In this document: positions 1 through 7,596 of the stretch, one piece after another
Position numbering within the stretch: the first letter of the stretch is position 1
Layout of the letters: the number at the start of each line of letters is the position of its first letter
Source: a virus
Taxonomy: Duplodnaviria > Caudoviricetes
IMG/VR virus record: IMGVR_UViG_3300010358_000007
Coordinates: 1 to 40,030 of that record
Direction: 5' to 3' (one strand)
Length of the DNA: 40,030 nucleotides
Position numbers and translations under genes: made by a program
The notes under the pieces: model-generated
The model's database searches: none
What the model saw: only the letters and a program-made list of their open reading frames with translations
Told to the model about the DNA's origin: nothing

Positions 1-369
1 CCACCCCGCCGGGCGTGGGGACCCTGCCACAGTCTCTATGCCGCGGTGCTCGTCAACGCGGTGAATGCCTACCGGGCTGGCGGACCGCATCGCGGCTACC
101 GTGAGGCGGCGTTTCTCTGGTTCGCCGGCTTCGGGGAGGCGCCGCTCACGTTCCGCACCGTCTGCGAGGCGCTGCGGCTCGATCCTGTGGCGGTCCGCCG
201 GGCGGTCCTCGGGCGTCCGGCGCCTGTGCTGGTGCTGCTCAAACAGCGGCGGAAGAAGGGAGGAGGATGGCTGTATGGACCCCGGGCTCCGCGACACGTT
301 AACCCGCCTCGAACACGTACCCTCCGACCCCCGCATCGTATGGGTCGTGCTCGCTACGCTGCGGGATAA
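1..369 (+). CDS. Hypothetical protein, 3' part; probably begins at 39896 across the junction
   Basis: Frame 1 is open from base 1 (PPRRAWGPCHSLYAAVLVNAVNAY...EAAFLWF...LTFRTVCEALRLDPVAVRRAVL) and is in frame with the ORF open at the window end. Confidence 0.65.
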   Translation, partial: PPRRAWGPCHSLYAAVLVNAVNAYRAGGPHRGYREAAFLWFAGFGEAPLTFRTVCEALRLDPVAVRRAVLGRPAPVLVLLKQRRKKGGGWLYGPRAPRHVNPPRTRTLRPPHRMGRARYAAG

Positions 370-916
370 GCGCGGCATCGTCGTCGCGTCGCTGCGGGAC
401 CTGTCGCAGTTGACCGGCGTGGCGAAAGCGCGCGTGCAGACGGCACTCGAACGACTCATCACACTCGGGCTGGTGGAAGCGGACGGCGTCGACCAGTGGT
501 ATTTGACGACGCAGTTCACGCGGGCCGCGCCCGAGCCGCAGCAGGAACTGCCACTGTCCGGCGAGCCGCGCCCGTCGATCACGACGCCCGAGGCGTTGAT
601 GGTGGCGTGGAACACGGGCGCCCCGCATCTCTGTCCGGTCCGCGCCTTGACGCCGCAACGCCGCCAAAAGGCGACCGCCCGACTGCGGCAATACCCCGAC
701 TGTGACTGGTCCGCGGTCATCGCCCGGCTGGATGCATCGAGCTTCTGCCGGGGCGAGAATTCGAGCCAGTGGAAAGCCGGCTTCGACTTTCTCTTGCGGG
801 AGACGACGGTGCCGAAGACGCTCGAAGGCGTCTATGACGATGCGCCGGTCTCCCCGGTGAGTCCCGGGAACCTGGCGGCAACGACGCGCTGGATTGCCGC
901 GCGACGGAAGGCATGA
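275..916 (+). CDS. Phage replication initiator (N-terminal winged HTH, lambda O/DnaD-like organisation)
   Basis: AGGAGG at 261-266 precedes ATG 275. wHTH-like SLRDLSQLTGVAKARVQTALERLITLGLV; C-terminal WKAGFDFLLR...KTLEGVY resembles phage replication proteins. Confidence 0.75.
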   Translation: MDPGLRDTLTRLEHVPSDPRIVWVVLATLRDKRGIVVASLRDLSQLTGVAKARVQTALERLITLGLVEADGVDQWYLTTQFTRAAPEPQQELPLSGEPRPSITTPEALMVAWNTGAPHLCPVRALTPQRRQKATARLRQYPDCDWSAVIARLDASSFCRGENSSQWKAGFDFLLRETTVPKTLEGVYDDAPVSPVSPGNLAATTRWIAARRKA

Positions 917-1395
917 TGACCGACGCCGACGACGAAGCGTTTGCCGGACTGCTCGCGACCATGTTCGACGTCTTCGACAAGCCACTGCGCCCGGCGCTGA
1001 TCGCCGTCTACTACCAAGCGCTGTCGGAGTTCCCACTGGCCGTCGTAACGGACGCCATCTACGGCGTGTGCCGCGACGCGCAGTTCTTCCATACGCTGCC
1101 GCGCCCCGGCGATCTCCGCATCCGCTGCGGCGCCCCGACCATCGAGACGCTCTGGCACCAACTCGATCGCGCACTCGCGGACGGGTACTTCGCCCCACCC
1201 GAGGGAACGGCGCCGATTGTCCGCCAACTGATCCGGCGCTTGGGTGGGTGGAAATACATCACCGAACACATGGATGCGGAGACGTTGCGGCGCCGCGTCT
1301 ACCAGATCGGGCCGGGACTGCTCGCGAGCGCGGCGGCGATGGAGTCGGCGCCCGCACGGCCGGTTCCGCTCCCCACGTTGAAGGCGATTCGCTGA
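913..1395 (+). CDS. Putative helicase loader/inhibitor (G39P- or P-like)
   Basis: ATGA-coupled to the initiator; helical N-domain ending ...FFHTLPRPGDLR; usual position after an O-like gene. Confidence 0.55.
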   Translation: MMTDADDEAFAGLLATMFDVFDKPLRPALIAVYYQALSEFPLAVVTDAIYGVCRDAQFFHTLPRPGDLRIRCGAPTIETLWHQLDRALADGYFAPPEGTAPIVRQLIRRLGGWKYITEHMDAETLRRRVYQIGPGLLASAAAMESAPARPVPLPTLKAIR

Positions 1396-1695
1396 ATGGA
1401 TCGTGATCTCTTCGGCGACATGCCCACGCACGACGATCCCGGGCAGATCGCGGATGCTGCTGTGCGTGCCATCCGCTCGGTCGCCGGGCGCCTGCGGGAG
1501 TTCACCACCGACGAAGTGGCGGCGGAGCTCACCGACTGGACGATCGCCGAACCGCGGCTCTTAGGGCCGGCGATGCTCCGGGCGCAGCGCGCGGGCTGGA
1601 TCGTCCCGACCGATCGCGTCCGCAAGACGAAAAACCCGGCGGCGCATAGCCGCCCGAAAGCGGTCTGGCAGAGCCGCATCTGCGAGGCACGATGA
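1396..1695 (+). CDS. Hypothetical phage protein, possible wHTH
   Basis: Abuts the previous stop; LLGPAMLRAQRAGWIVPTDR...HSRPKAVWQS. Confidence 0.7.
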   Translation: MDRDLFGDMPTHDDPGQIADAAVRAIRSVAGRLREFTTDEVAAELTDWTIAEPRLLGPAMLRAQRAGWIVPTDRVRKTKNPAAHSRPKAVWQSRICEAR

Positions 1696-2129
1696 AAGCC
1701 GTTCAAGATGGGTGGATTGAAGCGGAGTTCGAGCCGGCACTGTTGACGGTGCTGGGCCTCCCGTCCGCCGACCATGCCCACCGGAAGCTCATCTCCGATG
1801 GGGTGCTGATCGCGCTGACCACGAAAAACGAGCATGGCTGGACGCTCGTCGTGTCGCACATCTACGCCGGCATCGAGTCCATCCTGCCGGGCCGCATGCC
1901 GACCATCCTCGAACTGCGGGAAGCGCGCGACCGGTTCATCCCCTACGAGTGGGTGCACATGGTGGCGCTGCTCGAACCGCCGACGAAGGCCATCCTGGAG
2001 CGTCTCAGCCGCACGGAACGACGCGCTGACACGATCGCCGCGCCAGGACTCCCGACGTCGGTCCGCTGCGTCCAGATGCACGTCGAAGGGTTGACGGATG
2101 ACGTCGTCTTCGGGACCGAACCGGGGTAG
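1692..2129 (+). CDS. Hypothetical phage protein
   Basis: ATGA overlap with the upstream gene; globular composition (WTLVVSH...GRMPTILELREARDRF). Confidence 0.7.
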   Translation: MKAVQDGWIEAEFEPALLTVLGLPSADHAHRKLISDGVLIALTTKNEHGWTLVVSHIYAGIESILPGRMPTILELREARDRFIPYEWVHMVALLEPPTKAILERLSRTERRADTIAAPGLPTSVRCVQMHVEGLTDDVVFGTEPG

Positions 2130-2135
2130 CGATCA

Positions 2136-2648
2136 GTGCGGTTCGCTTACGCTGACCCACCCTATGTTGGCTGCGGGCATTACTACCCGGAGAACGCCGA
2201 AGTGGATCATCCCGAGCTCATCACCACGTTGATCCGTGACTTCTCCGATGGCTGGGCACTCTCCTGTCACACCCCGTCGCTACGAATGCTCCTGCCGCTC
2301 TGTCCACCAGCGACCCGCGTCCTCGCGTGGGTCAAACCGTGGGCGGTTTTCCGGCCCTACGTCGGCGTCGCGTATGCATGGGAGCCGGTTCTCTGCTACG
2401 GCGGGCGCCCGCGCACGCGCGAGCAGGCGACGGTGCGCGACTGGCACGCGGCAAATATCACGCTGCAGCGTGGCCTCATCGGGGCGAAGCCCGCCAGCTT
2501 CTGCCGATGGATACTCGATGTCCTGAATGTCCAGCCTGGCGATGAGATCGTCGACCTGTATCCTGGCACTGGCATTCTCGGCAGCGTGGTCACAGACTAC
2601 TTGAATCCGCCGATGCAGCTCGTCCTCGTCGGGACGGAACCCTTATGA
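2136..2648 (+). CDS. Small amino (N6-A/N4-C) DNA methyltransferase, beta-class motif order
   Basis: N-terminal catalytic motif IV YADPPY; C-terminal SAM-binding motif I IVDLYPGTG preceded by AKPASF; GTG start. Confidence 0.75.
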   Translation: MRFAYADPPYVGCGHYYPENAEVDHPELITTLIRDFSDGWALSCHTPSLRMLLPLCPPATRVLAWVKPWAVFRPYVGVAYAWEPVLCYGGRPRTREQATVRDWHAANITLQRGLIGAKPASFCRWILDVLNVQPGDEIVDLYPGTGILGSVVTDYLNPPMQLVLVGTEPL

Positions 2649-2836
2649 ACATCGCCGACATGATCGAGCGCGACCGCTGCCCGCTCATCGTGATTGATCC
2701 GAGGGACATCGATCTCTCAATCAGCGATCTTCGACCGGGCGGCATCATCGCCTGCGCGCCGAACACCGTGCGCTACGAAGCGATGATCGGGGCGTTTCGG
2801 TGGGAAGACGCCCGACGCGTCATCGAAGAGATATGA
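2645..2836 (+). CDS. Hypothetical protein
   Basis: ATGA overlaps with neighbours on both sides. Confidence 0.6.
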   Translation: MNIADMIERDRCPLIVIDPRDIDLSISDLRPGGIIACAPNTVRYEAMIGAFRWEDARRVIEEI

Positions 2837-3426
2837 TTCGCGTCGTTGGCATCGACCCCGGACTGGACGGCGCGCTCGCCGTCCTCGATCTCCACCAGAG
2901 CGGGGCAATCCTGCATCTCACCAGCGTGACACCCACGCCGACGTTGACCGTCACGATCCGGAAACGCCCACGCCGGGAGTATGACGTCCCCGGCATGTGG
3001 CGGCTGCTCGCCGACGCCGTGGCCCCGGCCGGCGTCAGCGTCGCCCTCGTCGCCATCGAGCACCAAGGACCACGCCCGCAGGAAGGCGTCGTGTCGTCCT
3101 TCCGGACTGGCGTCGGGTTTGGATTGTGGCGCGGCCTCGTCGCTGCTGCGCGCGTGCCACTCGCCATCGTGGCGCCGCTCGCCTGGCGCCGGGAATACGG
3201 CCTCATCGGCTGCGGGAAACGGGCATCCATCCGGATCGCCGTCGAACGCTTTCCCAGTTACCCGCCGGCACTCAGCCGCCACGACGGCGCCGCGGACGCT
3301 ATCCTGATTGCGGGATTTGCCGCATTGCGACGAGTCCTGCCCGATGCGCCGCCAGCCGATCCAGCACGGGCTGCAACGTCGCCGGCACCCACGGGAACGG
3401 ACCTCGACCGGCTTCCCAGCGGATGA
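2833..3426 (+). CDS. ruvC: RuvC-like Holliday junction resolvase
   Basis: VVGIDPGLDGALA, AIE, SSFRTGVGFG and HDGAADAILIA supply the RuvC acidic residues; ATGA-coupled start. Confidence 0.85.
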   Translation: MIRVVGIDPGLDGALAVLDLHQSGAILHLTSVTPTPTLTVTIRKRPRREYDVPGMWRLLADAVAPAGVSVALVAIEHQGPRPQEGVVSSFRTGVGFGLWRGLVAAARVPLAIVAPLAWRREYGLIGCGKRASIRIAVERFPSYPPALSRHDGAADAILIAGFAALRRVLPDAPPADPARAATSPAPTGTDLDRLPSG

Positions 3427-4108
3427 GCGCGCGCACCACGGGCCGCGCCTCACGCACCCGGGTATAAGCGAGCCGGCGGAAGAACTGGCCGAGCACCTGA
3501 TCGGTGAGGACGGTGGCATACGGCGTCCGCTTCCCGCGTCGCACCTTCGGCCAGCGCAGCCGCGCACTCCGGGCGTCGAGTGCACCCGGATGCCACCACA
3601 AGAGCCGCAGCGACTGCGAGCGCCGCCGCTGATCGGGAAACCAGCCAAAGAGAATCGTCCCGCCACTCGCGGAACGCACCCCGACCACGCGCAGCGCACA
3701 GGCAGCCATCCGCACCCCGCAGCCCGCACCGATCCGCTCCACGCACCGCTCCCCACATACCGGCACGCCGTAGACGTCCCAGCGCGCCGGCATCCCGCAG
3801 CGCACCGCCGCGCAGAAGAGACCATCGGGATACCCGTACGGGTTCCGAATGCTCGGCGCGCACTGCGGGCACCAGACGCGGCGGACTCCTAACCCACCCA
3901 GCACAGTCATCGGCCGATGATGCACCCGGCACCAGAGCCGTGGGTCCGTCCCCTTGGACGGCTCCGGCTCCTTGAACCCATGCGCCTCGGCGAGCTCGGC
4001 ATCGGCGGGATTGATCGCCGGGAGTGCGCTCGGACGGGGCCGCACCACGCTCCGGATGAACCGGGCAGGTGCGGCAACCCCATCCGAGGGGACCAGTGCA
4101 TGCGGCAT
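3299..4108 (-). CDS. Hypothetical Cys-rich protein
   Basis: 269-aa ORF with several CxxC/CxxxC clusters; converges on ruvC and overlaps its 3' end. Confidence 0.45.
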   Translation of the reverse strand: MPHALVPSDGVAAPARFIRSVVRPRPSALPAINPADAELAEAHGFKEPEPSKGTDPRLWCRVHHRPMTVLGGLGVRRVWCPQCAPSIRNPYGYPDGLFCAAVRCGMPARWDVYGVPVCGERCVERIGAGCGVRMAACALRVVGVRSASGGTILFGWFPDQRRRSQSLRLLWWHPGALDARSARLRWPKVRRGKRTPYATVLTDQVLGQFFRRLAYTRVREARPVVRALIRWEAGRGPFPWVPATLQPVLDRLAAHRAGLVAMRQIPQSG

Positions 4109-4341
4109 ACGCGGGTGCGGCTCTTTTGGGTTCTACCACGTACCCCCGGACAGGGGCGAGCCGCCCCGCCAGGTGCCGGCAGGTGGCAGCGCGACTCTGG
4201 GCGGGCACCACTCCCAAACATGCCCCGGCGAGCGCATTAGCGCCCCGTACAGGCCCGCGTTGGCCCCGGGGAAGGGAATCACCTTCCCCGAAACAGGCGG
4301 GGTTCTGGCGCCGGCTTCTCGGCGGGCACCATTGCGGGCGC

Positions 4342-4393
4342 AGTCGGCTCAGTCCTGCCCACGCATCGCACACACGGGCAGACTCAGCCGGCT
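4342..4393 (-). other. Conserved RNA hairpin motif, copy C
   Basis: Minus strand AGCCGGCTGAG-TCTGCCCGTGTGT-GCG-ATGCGTGGGCAGGA-CTGAGCCGACT. Confidence 0.7.
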
Positions 4394-4407
4394 TGGCAGA
4401 ACGACGC

Positions 4408-4462
4408 AGTCGTCTCAGTGGTGCCGCCTCGGTCGAACCCGAGGCAGCACGCTCAGACGGCT
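4408..4462 (-). other. Conserved RNA hairpin motif, copy B
   Basis: Minus strand AGCCGTCTGAG-CGTGCTGCCTCGGGTTCGACCGAGGCGGCACCA-CTGAGACGACT. Confidence 0.7.
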
Positions 4463-4595
4463 AGTCAAAGTCGGATGGGATGTAGCGCCAGTCCTTCCGG
4501 TAGGTGCACCGGTACCAGCACTCGATGCGGTCGAGTACCCGGCAGAGCGGATAGAGCGCCAGCATCATCAGGAACAAGTCCAGTTGCCCGGTCAT
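4461..4595 (-). CDS. Small hypothetical protein (MTGQLDLFLMMLALYPLC...)
   Basis: ATGA overlap with the stop of 4592..4987; about 44 aa. Confidence 0.45.
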   Translation of the reverse strand: MTGQLDLFLMMLALYPLCRVLDRIECWYRCTYRKDWRYIPSDFD

Positions 4596-4987
4596 CCGAG
4601 CACGACGAATCGGTGACGCGACCCGCCGAGTGTGCTTTCGCAGCACTCGCACGGACGCCAGCTAAACGACCCCTCGCAATCCTCGTCACACGCCGCGCAC
4701 ATATGCTGCACTTCCTCGGGCGTCCAAATGTTCTGAATGCGCGCCATGTGCGCGTCCGATTCTTCCCGCGTGCCGCATTCGCCATAGACGCTATATCCCA
4801 GGTTGAACTCCGACGATGCCTGGTTCATGCGCACCTTCGTCGTCGCCGTCCGCCAGCCCCCGCTGTTCAGCGTCACCGTGTACTCGGTGAAGTGCACGAC
4901 GACCGTCGCATGATACTGGACGCTCGTCCCGCCCTCATCGTCGTAGACGCGCGTCGCTACCCCGCGCACCTTCTGTGTCTGTGCCAT
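4592..4987 (-). CDS. Hypothetical early protein, apparent two-domain fusion
   Basis: SD AGGAGAGG; N-part TLNSGGWRTATTKVRMN; Cys-rich C-part FSWRPCECCESTLGGSRH. Confidence 0.8.
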   Translation of the reverse strand: MAQTQKVRGVATRVYDDEGGTSVQYHATVVVHFTEYTVTLNSGGWRTATTKVRMNQASSEFNLGYSVYGECGTREESDAHMARIQNIWTPEEVQHMCAACDEDCEGSFSWRPCECCESTLGGSRHRFVVLG

Positions 4988-5058
4988 GTCGGTTCCTCTC
5001 CTGTCGTTCCCGGAGCCTGGATTGGCTTCGAGCTGGGCAGGATTCGCCGTCCCGCCCC

Positions 5059-5110
5059 AGTCGTGTCACGCGTCCCCGCGCATCGCACGCACGGGGACAG
5101 TCACACGGCT
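5059..5110 (-). other. Conserved RNA hairpin motif, copy A
   Basis: Minus strand AGCCGTGTGAC-TGTCCCCGTGCGT-GCG-ATGCGCGGGGACGC-GTGACACGACT. Confidence 0.7.
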
Positions 5111-5111
5111 C

Positions 5112-5186
5112 TCAGATGTCGAGCGCTAAGTAGCCCGTCAACGCCAGGCACACGCCCACAATCGGCAACACGATGAAGGGAATCAT
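5112..5186 (-). CDS. 24-aa hydrophobic microprotein MIPFIVLPIVGVCLALTGYLALDI
   Basis: ATG directly follows the TAG of the upstream microprotein; GAGG upstream; one TM-like segment. Confidence 0.55.
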   Translation of the reverse strand: MIPFIVLPIVGVCLALTGYLALDI

Positions 5187-5267
5187 CTACGCCGTCCTCA
5201 ACGCGTGCGCGTACATCAACAGCCCACTCAGCGCGCAACTTAGCGCCATCACGAGGCCGGGATTCAT
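5187..5267 (-). CDS. 26-aa hydrophobic microprotein MNPGLVMALSCALSGLLMYAHALRTA
   Basis: ATGA overlap with the stop of 5264..5482; one TM-like segment. Confidence 0.55.
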   Translation of the reverse strand: MNPGLVMALSCALSGLLMYAHALRTA

Positions 5268-5482
5268 GCCGCACCCCCGTCTGGAATGCGGCGGAAACGA
5301 TCCGCCGGTCCGCAGTAGACCTTGCCGGGAATGCGATCGAGCCGAACGCGCACGCGGTCATAGTGCGTGAGGCTCGCACCCACCACCGTCCCGAACTTGG
5401 CGCCGCGCATCCAGAGATCACTCCCCGGATGGAGCTCGACGCGGTCCCCCACGTCGTAGCCGTTGCCGTCGTATCCTGTCAT
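5264..5482 (-). CDS. Small beta-rich (SH3/KOW-like) early protein
   Basis: YDVGDRVELHP...GAKFGTVVG...VRVRLD pattern; SD AGGGAG. Confidence 0.75.
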   Translation of the reverse strand: MTGYDGNGYDVGDRVELHPGSDLWMRGAKFGTVVGASLTHYDRVRVRLDRIPGKVYCGPADRFRRIPDGGAA

Positions 5483-5563
5483 GTCGGTTCTCCCTGTCTG
5501 TTCCGCAGTGCCTCCGTGACACCGGGGGTTGCACTCTTCGCCGGAGTGCCACCTACAGGGTCA

Positions 5564-5592
5564 GACGTACCCGATTTGGCGATGTGTCGCAA
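5564..5592 (-). promoter_or_regulatory. Candidate leftward promoter TTGCGA-17-TACGTC
   Basis: Sigma70-like spacing upstream of the leftward small-gene operon; partial match only. Confidence 0.35.
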
Positions 5593-6560
5593 TGGGCAGG
5601 AAAAGCTCGGTGGACGGGCTGAGGAAACGCGACCGGATAGGCCATTCCTAAAACTGAGAATTTGGTCATATTTACATAACGGCCTGCCGTTGCTAACCGG
5701 CGCCGCGTAACATTCCTGCTATGGCACCTGCGCTATTTGGGTCGTCCCAACCGGGGTCCGATGCCAGCTCGAACGCCTCAACTGGCACAGCGACCGGGGT
5801 CCCCTACCATCCACCCCCGCGATATCACTCAGCAGCGCATCGGACTCCCGATCCGAGACGCGACGCGACGCTGGCCCCGCTGACGCTGCGAGCTGCCGAC
5901 GCGGCCGGGGACCCCGATCCGCCAGGGCCATGGCCTCCCCCCCGGAATATAGCCGAGACGGACTTTTTTCACCCGCAGCGCCGCGGTTCGAGCGCCTGGT
6001 CGCCGCTCCGACCGCCAATCCAGGCCGAATCGGTCGGTTGCGCCGGCGATGAGGTGCCTCGGAGGGCCGAATCGTCGAATCCACGCGCTGCGCGGCCGAA
6101 TCCAGCGCGAATCCGCTCCAAACGCGTGATTTTCGATGGAAAATCGCGATCTCGACGTGCATGTGCGTCGATCTGGTCCTCACCACACAGAACGGGGGGG
6201 TGAAAAGGGGAGTGCGAGGGGAAAAGAGGGGTTTTTCCCCTCGCTTTGAGGTGGATTGGAGCGTCTTTGTCCGGGTTGGAGCGTGGGGCGAGGCGCCACA
6301 GCGCGGTGAGCGCTCAGAGTCGGCTTCGCGCCCCATCCTAGACCCCCCTTACCCCCCTGTCCTTCCCATGCCCCCGTGTGTCAGGTCGGAGGGGTGGCAG
6401 ACGGGGGCTGTGCGATCCCGACCGCTCATGCGCGGGTCCGAATCCGCCGTCTCCTCGACCTGCGGCGGCTGGGTGTCCGACGCAACGCCTGCCGGGATCG
6501 GGTCCCGGCGCCCTCCGAGGGGCGCTGGTACACCCAGGTGGAGGGCGCTGTCTAGGGGGG

Positions 6561-6704
6561 TCAGTGGGTGCGGACGAGGACGGCGACGAGGGTAGCGACC
6601 TGGGCGAGGAGGGCCGCGAGCGCGAGGGCGATCAGCCAGTCCATGCACGTGTCGAGGCGATCGAAGCGATGGGCGATCCGATCGCTGCGCTCCCGGTCGG
6701 TCAT
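6561..6704 (-). CDS. 47-aa membrane protein (MTDRERSDRIAHRFDRLD...LIALALAALLAQVATLVAVLV)
   Basis: Not in the ORF track; ATGA-coupled to the upstream gene; charged N-terminus plus C-terminal TM. Confidence 0.6.
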   Translation of the reverse strand: MTDRERSDRIAHRFDRLDTCMDWLIALALAALLAQVATLVAVLVRTH

Positions 6705-6904
6705 CGGCGGGTGACGAGCCAGCCGATGATGGTCAAGCCGACGACGATGAGGGCGTAGAGGCCGCTGATGCGCCGTTCGAGGGCATCGAAGCGATCGTCG
6801 ACGCGTTTCTCGAACTGATCGACGCGGCCTTTGAGTTCGCCGAGCGCGTGGCTGAGGGGATCGAGGGGGTGGGAGTCGGCGGGGGTGCTCATGGGCGGGG
6901 TCAC
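6701..6904 (-). CDS. Coiled-coil protein with C-terminal TM helix
   Basis: LKGRVDQFEKRVDDRFDALERRI heptads followed by LYALIVVGLTIIGWLV. Confidence 0.7.
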   Translation of the reverse strand: MTPPMSTPADSHPLDPLSHALGELKGRVDQFEKRVDDRFDALERRISGLYALIVVGLTIIGWLVTRR

Positions 6905-7329
6905 GTCTCCCGAGTCAATCGGTCGAGCCAGTCGAGGACGCGCTGCTTATTCCAGCGCACCTTGTACCCCTTCGCGTGCTGCTGGCGACCGGGGATGGCA
7001 TCGGGGGGCAGGTGGCGGATGGTCGACTCGCAGCGGTGGAGCAGGGCCGCGACCTGCTTGGCATCGAGCCACTCCGGCAAGGTTCTGCCGAGCGCGGCGA
7101 AGTATTCGTCGCGGCGTTGCTCGGGGAGCGTGGGTGGTGGAGTCGGCGGCGGTAGCGCGGCGGGCTGTGCGTAGCCTGGTGGGGGTGGCACGGAGCGGAA
7201 GCGCATCCAGCCACCGTCGGGGCAGCGCCACGATTCCTCCCACAGGTCGGACGACTGAATGCTCATCGTCGTGAAGATCATGAGGCGCCCGCAATGGCAG
7301 CAGACGGGTGGGGTCGTGTCGATGCTCAT
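6901..7329 (-). CDS. Zn-ribbon-like plus Xis/AlpA-type HTH DNA-binding protein
   Basis: N-terminal CCHCG...WRCP; C-terminal WLDAKQVAALLHRCESTIR...VRWNKQRVLDWL; ATGA-coupled start at 7329. Confidence 0.65.
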   Translation of the reverse strand: MSIDTTPPVCCHCGRLMIFTTMSIQSSDLWEESWRCPDGGWMRFRSVPPPPGYAQPAALPPPTPPPTLPEQRRDEYFAALGRTLPEWLDAKQVAALLHRCESTIRHLPPDAIPGRQQHAKGYKVRWNKQRVLDWLDRLTRET

Positions 7330-7526
7330 CGGGGGTGGTCGGTCGGCAGCGGGGTCATGATGTTCTTGTAGGGCGTGGTGGCGCCGCACCAGCAGCAGAC
7401 GGCGACTTTGGGCGCGGGGACGTCAGAGAGGGCGATGGTAGTGTGGTGGGTGTGGGGACCGTGCTTTGGTGGGGGGTGCGGGAGGACGCGGACGTGCCAG
7501 CAGGGTGCGTGGTCGGGATTGGTCAT
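7326..7526 (-). CDS. Small His/Cys-rich hypothetical protein
   Basis: CWH...CCWCG motifs; coupled to the downstream gene. Confidence 0.55.
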   Translation of the reverse strand: MTNPDHAPCWHVRVLPHPPPKHGPHTHHTTIALSDVPAPKVAVCCWCGATTPYKNIMTPLPTDHPR

Positions 7527-7596
7527 TGGCGCGCGGCGAGCGCCCCAGGTCGACGAGGTCGGCCGACCTGGGGCGGGTGCCTCCCCCCCTCTCCGC

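Noticed and set aside
4420-4450. GGGTTCGACC on the minus strand resembling a tRNA T-loop
   Set aside because: It is the apex of a simple long hairpin (motif copy B); no D-arm, anticodon arm or acceptor stem.
4342-5110. Repeated elements as a mini-CRISPR array
   Set aside because: Repeats are short paired arms with irregular spacing, the intervening sequences are self-complementary, and there is no cas operon. The PD-(D/E)XK nuclease is coupled to ERF as a recombination pair.
5975-6015. GGTTCGAG as a possible tRNA
   Set aside because: The T-stem does not pair and no cloverleaf can be built.
5719-6595. ORFs 5721..6203 (+), 5719..6336 (-) and 6161..6595 (+)
   Set aside because: No clear SD or protein-like motifs; Arg/Pro/Ser-rich composition typical of chance frames in GC-rich DNA.
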